Below are positions 35,795-45,813 of a DNA stretch of 64,000 nucleotides, one piece after another. This stretch comes from an uncultured Methanoregulaceae archaeon. Its GTDB lineage: Archaea; Halobacteriota; Methanomicrobia; Methanomicrobiales; Methanospirillaceae. Made by a program: the position numbers and the translations under genes. The stretch covers positions 2,304,001-2,368,000 of the forward strand of contig CAVTTL010000001.1 in assembly GCA_963737635.1 (NCBI GenBank). The letters are read 5' to 3'. Positions within the stretch are counted from its first letter, which is position 1. Each line of letters starts with the position of its first letter. The notes below the pieces were generated by a model. It was given only the letters and a program-made list of their open reading frames with translations, was not told where the DNA came from and did not search any database.

Positions 35795-36698
35795 ATGAAC
35801 CAGGACCCCGGCCCAAAGAATAGTTCGAGATCAGGACCGAGCCGGACTGCAGAGGGGTGTTGCAGCAATCCGGGCGGTCGAATCGATGCTTCCGGAAGAT
35901 GAACGAGTATGTTACGATCCCTACGCTCTCCGGTTCGTCGCTCCCGGGCGTCTTGCAGCAGTGGCTGCATATTCCGAAGAGAAATTCCCCGGACTTCGGA
36001 ATACTATCGTCGCAAGAGTCCGGTATTTCGATGATGTCATCCGAGCTGCTGCCAAAGAAGGGCTTGCACAGCTGGTTATTATGGGCGCAGGGTATGATAC
36101 CCGGGCGTACCGGATCCAAGAACTCGCAGAACACGTGCGGGTCTTCGAGATCGATCATCCCGATACCCAGCAGATCAAAAAAGAGAAGATCCAAGAAATT
36201 TTTGGCAGACCTCCGGATCACATCGTGTATGTCGCGGTCAATTTCGAAACCCAGAACTTCGGCCGGCGGCTGATAGAATGCGGCTATTCCCCGGAGAAAA
36301 AAACACTCTTTGTCATGGAAGGCCTCATTATGTACCTCAGCCTTCCTTCCATCGATGCTATGCTTTCGTTTATCATACAGAATTCCGGCAGGGGCAGTGC
36401 CATCCTCTTCGATTGTTCAGCAAAAACCGGTGACGACACTTCGCAGGAGGAAACCCGGAAAAAACTCGGCGATCACACCGCGAAAGGTGGCGAACCGATC
36501 CTGTTTGCCCTCCCCAAAGAAGGCGCCGAAACGTTCCTTGCGCCGAGAGGATTTTCCCCGGTCCTGACAGTGAAAAGCGATGAATACCGGCAGATGTACT
36601 TTCAGGGAAAAAATAAAGACCGGAATCTCTCCGGATTGACCTTCACGTACGCAGTCGTCAATGACGTGACCCACAGGACGTTCAGTGATGTACGGTAA
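35795..36698 (+). CDS. SAM-dependent methyltransferase, LCM/TIGR00027-like (frameshift in G-run near 35853)
   Basis: GPSRTAEG|VAAIRAVES, DPYA, ARVRYFDD, MGAGYDTRAYR, FEIDHP, MEGLIMYL. Confidence 0.88.
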
Positions 36699-36924
36699 TT
36701 TCTTGTTCTGTCATTATCTGATTTCACTCAAAAGTTCCGTTATCCTTTCAGAACTCTTTTTTGAGAGTCCCGGGCGATTCAATCTATCATTAATTCCATT
36801 TTAGGACGTTGAACCGGGATCCGGTACTTCTTATGTCTTTTTGATTATATATGTTGATAAATTCATCCATATATTAAAGAAATATATATATTCTGGAGCT
36901 GATAACCACAGTGGAGTGAATCCA

Positions 36925-37174
36925 ATGACGACGGTATTCCGATGTATGACCTGCAACAAAACATTCAAGTCAAAAAAAGAGGTTGAAGAGCACAAAAAAA
37001 GTCCACTGGAACAAACAGATAGGAAAATTCGATAAGGATCTCCCCTACTTGGGACATAGTGTAAAAATCATCACAACAGGTGGTTTCAGCGCAAGCCGCC
37101 GGTCGAATCTGATACCATCTCATACCGTTGCAATAATCCTCGGTTTTCTGCGTTCTCTCTTCAAAATGCTATAG
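36925..37174 (+). CDS. Small C2H2 zinc-finger protein (apparent +1 in A7 run)
   Basis: FRCMTCNKTFKSKKEVEEH-KK then VHWN in the next frame, which gives C-x2-C-x12-H-x3-H. Confidence 0.55.
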
Positions 37175-37293
37175 AAAATATAGAGAGAATTCCCATACAT
37201 AAGTGAATTTCATCAAATCTATATAGTAGCAGAACGACATGAAGGTGGGAAGAAGATCCCGGCTAAGAAAACAGAGACTTTCTGGAGGAGGCT

Positions 37294-37665
37294 ATGATCT
37301 CATCATCCAGGACCCACGAAGATCAGATACGAAAGGTCACACAGAACCTGAACGCACCCTTTCAAATCCGGAAAGCCGAATCCGGGAGATACGATAGGTC
37401 AATCACGGGGAGAACGCAATCAACAGAATCACAACCTGCAGGTAGTCACCCGGTGCGGCAGCAAGAATTTCTCGATACGGACCAGGAACGAGATGATGCC
37501 GTTCCCGATGATGACCAGGAATTGCTGGATTCGGACCCCTTATCGCGGCCAATGGCTTCCCAGAGGCAGTGTATCCGGTGCAGCGCCCGTATTCCGGCGA
37601 TGGATTTTCTCTATACGAAAAAGACCGGCCTATGTATCCCCTGCTGGGAAGAACAGGAGATATAA
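37294..37665 (+). CDS. Hypothetical protein with C-terminal CxxC...CxxC zinc ribbon
   Basis: GGAGG before ATG. CIRC...CIPC. Confidence 0.6.
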   Translation: MISSSRTHEDQIRKVTQNLNAPFQIRKAESGRYDRSITGRTQSTESQPAGSHPVRQQEFLDTDQERDDAVPDDDQELLDSDPLSRPMASQRQCIRCSARIPAMDFLYTKKTGLCIPCWEEQEI

Positions 37666-37708
37666 TGGACTACTGGAGATCCTGATACATCCTGCTCTGG
37701 AGGAAAAA

Positions 37709-37966
37709 ATGACCCGTTTACCAACGCAAATGACGGATGCAGCCTATCAGAAAGCTCTCCGCGACGCGGAAAAGCAGCTGACTTTGGTACAGGCAGAGCA
37801 TCTTAATGCCCGGTCTGCCTGGAATACCTCATCAATCAAACAATTTGGGATCCGGCGACATCTGGCAAACTGGCTGCGAGTCCGGAACCTTGCAAGAAAA
37901 GTGCGAAAAAACCAAGCACATCTCAATTTCCTCCTTGAATTTGAAAGGCAGCGAAATAAGGATTGA
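37709..37966 (+). CDS. Small basic helical hypothetical protein
   Basis: GGAGG SD at 37699 followed by ATG at 37709. Confidence 0.5.
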   Translation: MTRLPTQMTDAAYQKALRDAEKQLTLVQAEHLNARSAWNTSSIKQFGIRRHLANWLRVRNLARKVRKNQAHLNFLLEFERQRNKD

Positions 37967-38256
37967 TTGTTTAATTTACCCAATAGTATTAACAGCGAAA
38001 TCTATATTTTAACTAAAAACTCTATAATTACTAATGAAAGAAATAGATGTCATGATAAGACCAGATCCGCTCAATGAGAAATTTGAAGCGAAGATCAGCT
38101 GCGTTTTTGCACGTCTCAGGCAGGGTGAGATGTGGACAGTATTTTATTACCACTTAAAGATCCCCCGGATCTTTTGCCGATTGATATGATTTTTTGAGAG
38201 AGAGAAGACAGAGATCGAAGGGTAGCGTATCCCATATTAAAAAAAAAGGCGAAAAA

Positions 38257-39064
38257 ATGATCGTTTCACTAGCAGCATTCTTGATCTCGACGGTCATCGG
38301 GATACTAGCAGCACTGATCGGCCTTGGTGGTGGATTTCTGTATGTTCCCACGCTCACCCTGATCTTTGGCTTCGACCCACGGATGGCTGTGGGAACGAGT
38401 CTTGCAGTAATGGTCATTTCCTCATTTGCCGCGACCATCGTATACCGTTCCCAAGGTAAAGTCCTCTATAAGGCCGCGGCAGTGCTCTGCATCCCCAGCA
38501 TGCTCCTCTCGGTAGTGGGATCAATCATTACAGACCACATGGATACTCGGCTCATCATTATCGTTTTTTCCATGGTGCTTATCCTTATTTCCCTGGAAAT
38601 GCTCCTCCCGGACTTCCGCCTGATCCGGAAACTGGACTTCGGCCCGTCGCTCACCTTCATGTGCAGGGACCAGACCGGAGAGGAAAAACCGGTCCATATT
38701 CCCTATGCCCACCTGATCATCTGGGGGGCGTTCGGGGGCCTTGTGAGCGGTGTCACCGGGACAAGTGGAGGAGCATTTTTTGTTCCGGCATTAGTCGCGA
38801 TTGGCGTGCCTGTGCATGTCGCAGTCGCCACATCACTCCTGACGATCATTCCCACCTCTCTCGCCGGCGCTTCGACCCACACCGCTTTAGGTCATGTCTC
38901 TCTTCCTTTTTTTGTACCTGTACGGCGCAGGTGCAGGGCTTGGTGCGTACGCGGGAGCCCGTCTTGCACCCCGGATCCACGCGGACCACATCAAGAGGAT
39001 ATTCGGTTTCATTCTCATCTTCATCGCCGTGCTCATGATCCAGCAGAAAGTCCTCGGTATGTAA
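38257..39064 (+). CDS. Sulfite exporter TauE/SafE family membrane protein (frameshift in T-run near 38910)
   Basis: GLGGGFLYVP, AVGTSL, GTSGGAFFVP, AVATSL. Confidence 0.88.
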
Positions 39065-39099
39065 AGACCTTCATGAACCCGGGTGTTCAAAAATCCGGA

Positions 39100-40731
39100 T
39101 TATTTCCGCGTGGCAGATGCAAGAGCGAATACGGTAATAAGAAAAGCTAAGACAGGAACTGCGACCGGCAGGAGTGCCCGGGCAGTCGATGAGCCTGTGG
39201 TGATTCCGGTAGTCGCTTGGGGGATCGATGCCGCCGGCAGAGTGGGAAGTTGCGTCGGTACTGAGGTGGCTGTCCCGTTTCCCTGGACGGTATCGATAAC
39301 AGATTGCACACTTCCCTTCGGCAGGGGAGCGGAGACATTGATATAATAAGCCTGATTTGTGGTATTACTTCCATACACGTTGTTTACCTCAAGCGTTACC
39401 GGATAGATACCCGCCTTGACATAGGTATGCGACGGGTTCTGCCGCGATGATCCGGCAGGGATAAGCCGCCACACATCGCCATTTTCATTGCCGCTCGTAT
39501 AACCGCCCATGAGGACTATACTTCCATCCGGCATCACTACACTACTCTGCCCGGCTCTCGCTGACCACCCGGGATTTACCGTCACCTGGGTCCACGTCGC
39601 CCCGTTATCCGTCGACCGCCACACATCGTTATTATAGATACTGCTGCCGCTATAACCGCCCATGAGGACTATACTTCCATCTGGCATCACTACACTACTC
39701 TGCCCGGCTCTCGCTGACCACCCGGGGTTCACCGTTTCAAGAGCCCAGGTTGCTCCGCCATCTGTCGACAGCCACACGTCGTTATTATATTGGCCGTATC
39801 GGCCGGATTGGCCCCAACCGCCCATGAGGACTATACTACCGTCCGGCATCACTACGCTGCTCTGGCCCGCCCTTGCAGACCACCCGGGGTTCACCGTTTC
39901 AAGAGCCCAGGTTGCTCCATCATCTGTTGACTTCCATACATCGTTATCCGCCTGGCCGCCCCAACCACCTATGAGGACGATGCTTCCATCCGGCATCACT
40001 ACGCTACTCTGCCCCGCCCGGGGTGACCATCCCGGACTCACCGTCTCAAGAGTCCAGGTTGCTCCGCCATCTGTCGACAGCCACACGTCATTATTATAGG
40101 TACCACCGCTCGTATAACCGCCCATGAGAACGAGACTCCCATCCGGCATGAGCACAGCGCTCTGTCCTGCCCGTGCCATCCACCCGGGATTTACCGTTTC
40201 AAGGGCCCAGGTTGCTCCGTCATCGGTCGACAACCACACATCGTTATTATAGATCGTGCCCCCACTGTACCCACCCACCATAACGACGTAATTATTCGCT
40301 GCTACCCGGTTGATTTGTGCATATCCCGAAGAAGACCCGGGAATAGCGACCAGCTGCAGCCACGGTGCAGCGTTCGCTGTGGACATCCCCATACGATTAC
40401 TGTAACCGCCGCTATACCCCCCGATAAGGATGATACTGCCGTCCGGCATTACTACGCTGCTCTGGCCCATGCGTCCCGACCACCCGCCATTCACGGTCAT
40501 CTGGTTCCATGGTGCCGTGAAATTCTCGTCGCCAAAAAACCAGGCCCAGCCGGAAGGGTTGTTTGCCGACAGATCGGTAAAGGAGACGGCGAGGGGTGCA
40601 TGACCGGACACGGGCAGGCCCGTGAAGTTGGCGACCGGAGCTTCAGCAGTCACCGGAACGATGGTTATCGAAACCAGTACCAGGAACAGAAGAGATGTCC
40701 TGCAGCCAAGTAGCTTCACGCGATGTGCCAC
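39100..40731 (-). CDS. Cell-surface protein: PKD domain with inserted Kelch/Asp-box beta-propeller and C-terminal TM anchor
   Basis: Signal peptide, PKD halves APVANF..WFFGD and QNPSHTY, ~49-aa repeats, Thr-rich linker, TM followed by RK. Confidence 0.88.
   Translation of the reverse strand: MAHRVKLLGCRTSLLFLVLVSITIVPVTAEAPVANFTGLPVSGHAPLAVSFTDLSANNPSGWAWFFGDENFTAPWNQMTVNGGWSGRMGQSSVVMPDGSIILIGGYSGGYSNRMGMSTANAAPWLQLVAIPGSSSGYAQINRVAANNYVVMVGGYSGGTIYNNDVWLSTDDGATWALETVNPGWMARAGQSAVLMPDGSLVLMGGYTSGGTYNNDVWLSTDGGATWTLETVSPGWSPRAGQSSVVMPDGSIVLIGGWGGQADNDVWKSTDDGATWALETVNPGWSARAGQSSVVMPDGSIVLMGGWGQSGRYGQYNNDVWLSTDGGATWALETVNPGWSARAGQSSVVMPDGSIVLMGGYSGSSIYNNDVWRSTDNGATWTQVTVNPGWSARAGQSSVVMPDGSIVLMGGYTSGNENGDVWRLIPAGSSRQNPSHTYVKAGIYPVTLEVNNVYGSNTTNQAYYINVSAPLPKGSVQSVIDTVQGNGTATSVPTQLPTLPAASIPQATTGITTGSSTARALLPVAVPVLAFLITVFALASATRK
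39470..40500 (-). repeat. Intragenic ~145-160 bp tandem repeats (about 6 copies)
   Basis: Repeated WSARAGQSSVVMPDGSIVLMGG...NDVWxSTDxGATW. Confidence 0.9.
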
Positions 40732-40829
40732 GATACAACCGACCCCCTCTCGGGTAAATCCAACAGGATAGGAGTATCAGTTTGCCGATAAAAACCTTCT
40801 CGCCACCGGGTATTCCAATGTATCCAGAA

Positions 40830-41138
40830 TTATCTGCCGGATAATTTCCGGAATGCATCGTCCAGCGTCTTTATCCGGTGGTCGACTTTTTTTGCCGCGG
40901 CAGCCAGCGTAAAACCGTCATCCAGAAGCTCTTTGATCAGCATAATCTTCTTGATATTGAGGAAATTGTAGCGCCGGGTAGTGCCATCCCCGCCATCTAC
41001 CGAAGAAATGAACCCTTTCTCCTCCCAGTACCGGATCTGCCGCTGGGGGACACCCGTTATTTCCGAGACCTCCCCTATCCCGACGATAAGGCGCCGCATC
41101 AGGGTCTGATCCAGGGAAGGCACGTCATCGTCGCTCAT
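40830..41138 (-). CDS. Small MerR-family regulator
   Basis: IGEVSEITGVPQRQIRYWEEKGFI...RRY. Confidence 0.9.
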   Translation of the reverse strand: MSDDDVPSLDQTLMRRLIVGIGEVSEITGVPQRQIRYWEEKGFISSVDGGDGTTRRYNFLNIKKIMLIKELLDDGFTLAAAAKKVDHRIKTLDDAFRKLSGR

Positions 41139-41189
41139 AGTACAAGTATATTGAAATCACTATATATTCTTAAAAACATTTCTCCAAAC

Positions 41190-41239
41190 ATTACAATTAT
41201 TATCGATTATTGCCAATAATTGTAATAAATTTACAATTA
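41190..41239. promoter_or_regulatory. Overlapping inverted repeats, candidate MerR operator in the divergent promoter
   Basis: ATTACAATTATT-13-AATAATTGTAAT and TAATTGTAA-5-TTACAATTA. Confidence 0.65.
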
Positions 41240-41291
41240 CCTTCACATCGATGCCGACCGCACATACATACGAGTATCCCGTGAAAGACCC

Positions 41292-42710
41292 ATGACAGAA
41301 GCAACCGATCCCGGCACCATTATCCCGCCGTCGCAAGGATACCCGACCCGGTATGTCATCCTCGCCATCATCCTGACCGGGATATTCATGTGCGTGCTGG
41401 ATGTCCAGATCGTTGCGATTGCCCTTCCCTCAATCATGCAGGCACTTGGCGCCGGGATAGGCCAGGTCCAGTGGATTGCAACCGGGTACGTGATAACGGT
41501 CCTTGCAACGGTGCTCCTTTTCGGGTCACTCTCCCGGTCTATCGGCAGCGGCAGGCTCTTTATGGCCGGGCTCCCGCTCTTCACTCTCAGTTCTCTTGGC
41601 TGCGGCCTCTCGACCTCCATCCCGGAACTCATCCTCTTCCGGGTCCTCCAGGCACTGGGGGCATCGATGCTAATGAGTGTCTGTGTGGCGATCATTATGC
41701 TAGTCTTCCCCCAGGAGGAACGGGGCCGGGCGATGGGATACTATACCGCCGTTGTCGCACTTGGCCTGATCGTCGGGCCGGCCGCCGGCGGATTGATTGT
41801 CGACATCACCGGCTGGCCGTTCATCTTCCTCGTCAATGTGCCGGTCGGCATCGTGCTTATGGCCGCTGCCGTGAAGTATCTCAGGATCGACCGCGACCCC
41901 CCGGTCTTCCGGCACCTCGACTACCCGGGAGCATTCCTGTTGATTGGCACCATGGCAACGCTGGCGATCGCTCTGAACACGCTCTCAAACCCGCCGGTCC
42001 GGCTTGAATCGTTCGGGTTCTGGTCCGCCGTGTGCCTCGTCTTTCTTGTTGCCTTTATCCATACCGAACGAAAGGTGGAAAACCCCCTTGTACCGATCGG
42101 GATCTTCCGTAACCGGGCATTTGTCCTGCCTTCTGTCAGCCTTATCCTGTACCTGACGGCAACCTTTGTCCTGCTCACCGTCCAGCCGTTCTACTTCGAG
42201 TACGTGATGGGGCTCCGGCCTTCGCATATCGGCTTTATTGCCCTGATCCTCCCGCTTTCGATGCTGGTCGCCTCGCCCCTCTTTGGCTGGCTCTATGACC
42301 GCTGCCGGTCATCCCGGTTTCCGATCACCGGTATAACCATCATGGGTCTCGCGTTTCTTGGGTGCGGCTTCGCATTCACCCGGATGGACTTTGTCCTGAT
42401 TCTTGGTCTTTTTGTGGTTGCGGGGATAGCCCGGTCCGTGTACCAGGGCCCGAACAGTATCGAGATTATGGCATCGCTTCCGCAGGCACTCCACGGCATC
42501 GGTTCAAGCCTGATCACCGCTCTCCAGTATCTCGGTATTGTGCTTGGGATCTCGATTGCCGCCTTTCTCATGACCGCTCAGCTTCCCGGGAGCGGTTATG
42601 CCGGGCTGGCTGGTGCCGGCCCGGCGCTGCTTGCTGCAGTATTCGGGAACTGCATGTATGTTGCCGGCTTCATCTGCCTGGCCGCAGCGGTGTGCGAGAT
42701 CAAAGGCTGA
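41292..42710 (+). CDS. MFS drug:H+ antiporter (DHA2, EmrB/QacA-like)
   Basis: LDVQIVAIALP, WIATGY, FRVLQALG, GWPFIFLVNVPVG and about 14 TM helices. Confidence 0.93.
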   Translation: MTEATDPGTIIPPSQGYPTRYVILAIILTGIFMCVLDVQIVAIALPSIMQALGAGIGQVQWIATGYVITVLATVLLFGSLSRSIGSGRLFMAGLPLFTLSSLGCGLSTSIPELILFRVLQALGASMLMSVCVAIIMLVFPQEERGRAMGYYTAVVALGLIVGPAAGGLIVDITGWPFIFLVNVPVGIVLMAAAVKYLRIDRDPPVFRHLDYPGAFLLIGTMATLAIALNTLSNPPVRLESFGFWSAVCLVFLVAFIHTERKVENPLVPIGIFRNRAFVLPSVSLILYLTATFVLLTVQPFYFEYVMGLRPSHIGFIALILPLSMLVASPLFGWLYDRCRSSRFPITGITIMGLAFLGCGFAFTRMDFVLILGLFVVAGIARSVYQGPNSIEIMASLPQALHGIGSSLITALQYLGIVLGISIAAFLMTAQLPGSGYAGLAGAGPALLAAVFGNCMYVAGFICLAAAVCEIKG

Positions 42711-42796
42711 CCTTGGCAACCGGCTGAATGGACATAATCGTGTCAGCGGCCGAAGAGACAGATACGCTTTTACCCTGTAACTAAGAAGTATCAATA

Positions 42797-43438
42797 ATGA
42801 CTGCCGTGCATCCAAACCATGAAGAGGGATTTACCGGCCTTGAAGCTGCTATTGTCCTTATCGCATTCGTTGTTGTCGCGGCGGTGTTCTCGTACGTAGC
42901 GCTCGGCGCCGGGTTCTTTACCTCCCAGACTGCACAGTCAACGATTCATACTGGGGTCCAGCAGGCAAGTTCCAGCTTTGAATCTGTTGGGAGTGTGTAC
43001 GGCATTGAGGATCAAAACGGCATTTGTGACCCCGACAATAATTGTCTGCGATATATAAATGTGACCCTCGCCCTCACTGCGGGAGACACTCCGGTTGATC
43101 TGTCCCAGATGGTTGTATCCTATAATGATGGATCAACCCACTGGCCAAACCTGAGCTATGCTGGGGAAGACTGTTGGGGTCATTTTGATACGATGATGAG
43201 CGCCAATCTCCCCGATCAGGAGGGATCGTGGTGTATAGCGCAAAAGATCAACAATGATACGTCAGATACCAGTGAACTGCTGGGCCCGAACGAGCAATTT
43301 ATCGTAGCAATCCAGATGCCTATTACGACAAGGCCCAATACCAGGATTACGGTTTATCTCCAGCCAGCCTCAGGCGCAGCTCTTTCACTTTCCCGGACAG
43401 TACCCAGTGCGATTACTCCAGTCCAGATCTTAGACTAA
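42797..43438 (+). CDS. flaB: Archaellin (archaeal flagellin)
   Basis: Class III signal EG|FTGLEAAIVLIAFVVVAAVFSY...GAGFF. Confidence 0.9.
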   Translation: MTAVHPNHEEGFTGLEAAIVLIAFVVVAAVFSYVALGAGFFTSQTAQSTIHTGVQQASSSFESVGSVYGIEDQNGICDPDNNCLRYINVTLALTAGDTPVDLSQMVVSYNDGSTHWPNLSYAGEDCWGHFDTMMSANLPDQEGSWCIAQKINNDTSDTSELLGPNEQFIVAIQMPITTRPNTRITVYLQPASGAALSLSRTVPSAITPVQILD

Positions 43439-43448
43439 TCTGATTCGT

Positions 43449-44462
43449 ATGCGGGAATGGAAGATCATCCTGTTACTATTGCTACTCGTCGTCACAGTGG
43501 CGGTTATAACCGCCGCTCTGGTATCGGCATTTCTCCTGGGATCACATAATCTCCCTCAAAACAACGCCGTTTCAGATAACAACATCGTGGATTTGCAGGA
43601 GCCTCCTTCTCAAGACCCGGTGTTGAATACCACACCGTCTGAAAAATATGAGACCGGCCCAGTACAGAGAGAGTTTCCCTACATCGTAAACGCGAAGCGA
43701 GGAGAGATAACCATCACTCTTCACGCTGGAGTCTATAATGGAATAACAGATCCATCCATACCGGCCTGCGCTTTCAATAAAACCTCTTGTACCCACCAAG
43801 AGATCCAACACTATTTCACTGATAACATAAACGAACCTGTTCAGAAACAAGATTTGGACTCACTCGTAGATGCAATCAAATCCAAAACCCCAAAAGGAGA
43901 CGATCAGGTTAGGATAGCAATTAGTCTGGTTCAGAATATTCCCTACGACAACAATGAGGTAGAGGGATTAGATAACGGGAGTATTCTCACTGAGCGCACT
44001 CCTTACGAGGTCCTGTATGATAACGGAGGAATTTGTGAAGATAAATCGTTCCTCCTTGCCTATCTTTTGAGAGGGTTAGGATACGGGGTAACCTTGTTCT
44101 CATTTCCTGTGGCGGACCATATGGTGGTTGGCGTTAAGACCCCCACCATGTACGCCTATGACAATACCAGTTATGCATTTGTGGAAACCACCACTCCTTT
44201 GATCATTACCGATGGGAACGAACTCTATGGGTCGTCTTACCAAAAACTGACCGAAGTTCCAAGCATGTATGTTATTTCGGACGGAAACTCTTTTTCGCCT
44301 TCCTATGAACTTCATGATGCACGTGAATTCAACCAGCTTAACCTTGAAGTAGAACAGAACGGATGCCAGGATCCTTCAGTCTGTGCCTCATTATATTCGT
44401 TGGGTAAAAACTATGGGATGCGGATCCCCACAATGACGCCCTATTATACTTTTTTTGACTAA
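43449..44462 (+). CDS. Membrane-anchored transglutaminase-like protein
   Basis: VQNIPYD, PYEVLY..GGICEDKS, HMVVG, FVETT (Cys-His-Glu triad). Confidence 0.82.
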   Translation: MREWKIILLLLLLVVTVAVITAALVSAFLLGSHNLPQNNAVSDNNIVDLQEPPSQDPVLNTTPSEKYETGPVQREFPYIVNAKRGEITITLHAGVYNGITDPSIPACAFNKTSCTHQEIQHYFTDNINEPVQKQDLDSLVDAIKSKTPKGDDQVRIAISLVQNIPYDNNEVEGLDNGSILTERTPYEVLYDNGGICEDKSFLLAYLLRGLGYGVTLFSFPVADHMVVGVKTPTMYAYDNTSYAFVETTTPLIITDGNELYGSSYQKLTEVPSMYVISDGNSFSPSYELHDAREFNQLNLEVEQNGCQDPSVCASLYSLGKNYGMRIPTMTPYYTFFD

Positions 44463-44575
44463 CCTTTTTTTTACGGATGCTTGCATCTCTCTTGTAGTAT
44501 ACGGCTTCCTGTCAGAATGGTGTTCATCTGCATGGATTAACTGTCACATATTGCTTGAATCCAAAGTTACCGATA

Positions 44576-44872
44576 TTAAGGATCTCCGCCCTCTTTAAAT
44601 TCAATTTTTACATCGCCCGATATTTCGATCGAATTTTCGAGTTTGATATCAGTAGATTCTTCGCGTTTAAGTGCAATTTTTCTCCCATTTCTTAAGGTCA
44701 GTACCGCAATTTTGTCCCCCTTGCTTATTGGCGATAATTTTACAGCGACCGATTTTCCACTAATTGTCGGAATTACCACAACGCGATCCCCCTTTTTGAT
44801 AGGATCGAGTTTTATAGCGACGTGTTTTCCGCATGTTGGAAGGATAAGAACTCTATCCTCTTTTTTTAACAT
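44576..44872 (-). CDS. Small basic protein with three ~23-aa repeats
   Basis: KKEDRVLILPTCGKHVAIKL / KKGDRVVVIPTISGKSVAVKL / SKGDKIAVLTLRNGRKIALKR. Confidence 0.6.
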   Translation of the reverse strand: MLKKEDRVLILPTCGKHVAIKLDPIKKGDRVVVIPTISGKSVAVKLSPISKGDKIAVLTLRNGRKIALKREESTDIKLENSIEISGDVKIEFKEGGDP

Positions 44873-45310
44873 AACCCACAATACAATAACCCCAATGATA
44901 AACTTACCCCTCATGTAATGGAGTCTTATATCACGAGGCACAAAATCAAACAACAACATTCTTGAACGCTTAAACGGCACATTCTGAGAGAGTACAAAGT
45001 AGTCAGAAGTTTTGACAGCGGGATGGGTCGGCGGAATTTGCAGCAGGGATGCAGACTTACTACAACTACATCCGACCACGTTAGGGAATCAATGGAATGG
45101 CTCCCACGCGGATGGCAAACGTTCCGCTGGATGACGATGATCGGGTTGGCAATAAAATAACATTTTTTTCCACGATTGCAAATAGATAGATATTGACCTA
45201 TTATCACACGTTTGCAACCATTAATTTTTATCTTGAGTAAATGTAATGGCGAATGTTTGAGAGGTGGGAGGGTTATCGAATATAACAGTAACAATATAGG
45301 GTTTGTTAAT

Positions 45311-45679
45311 TTAGGCGTAGGGTGCATTTTTTGGCCACCACCACCACTCTCTAAATGATCCATCATCTCCGATCTTTTGAAGGGGTTGAGAATCTAAAAG
45401 TTGGGTGGGATTTTGGGATACTACTCCGGTTAGGGTGACTGTTCCACATACATTACCACTATTACCGACTGTACACAAAATCTTCCACTCAATATTTTCT
45501 TGAAGTTTGTTGCCTTGTTGATCTACACAGTCACACGTGTATTTTTGTTCGGCATCTGAAGAGCACAGAAGATTTTCAACAGTGTCGGTTGTATTACTTT
45601 CTTGATGCCTTTGTCCAGTTTTTGGATCGGTAATCCACCGGTTTGTTGGGTATAACCCAATCGCAATTTTTTGAGGCAT
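45311..45679 (-). CDS. AT-rich hypothetical protein, probably the 5' part of a decayed longer gene
   Basis: ORF with Cys and WWWWP. Coding-like sequence continues past the stop. Confidence 0.45.
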   Translation of the reverse strand: MPQKIAIGLYPTNRWITDPKTGQRHQESNTTDTVENLLCSSDAEQKYTCDCVDQQGNKLQENIEWKILCTVGNSGNVCGTVTLTGVVSQNPTQLLDSQPLQKIGDDGSFREWWWWPKNAPYA

Positions 45680-45793
45680 ATTGATCGATTTATAATGTGA
45701 AAGAGGTGATATTTAAATTTTATATAATAATCACTCACTCTAAAAAATCTCGAAGTCTCGCCAAGCACCAGATCTGGTGCAAATATCAAAAGT

Positions 45794-45812
45794 CCGCCAA
45801 CGCAACAGAACC
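45794..45812. repeat. Arm of the ~77-bp element family
   Basis: CCGCCAACGCAACAGAACC, one base from the bcp stop codon. Confidence 0.6.
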
Positions 45813-45813
45813 G

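Noticed and set aside
36680-36754. Additional copy of the ~77-bp element at the methyltransferase 3' end
   Set aside because: GTTCAG...CAGAAC spacing is about right (75 bp), but the arms pair too poorly to support the call.
39470-40500. Tandem repeats as a CRISPR array
   Set aside because: The repeats are ~150 bp, in frame and encode propeller blades. There is no repeat-spacer structure and no cas genes.
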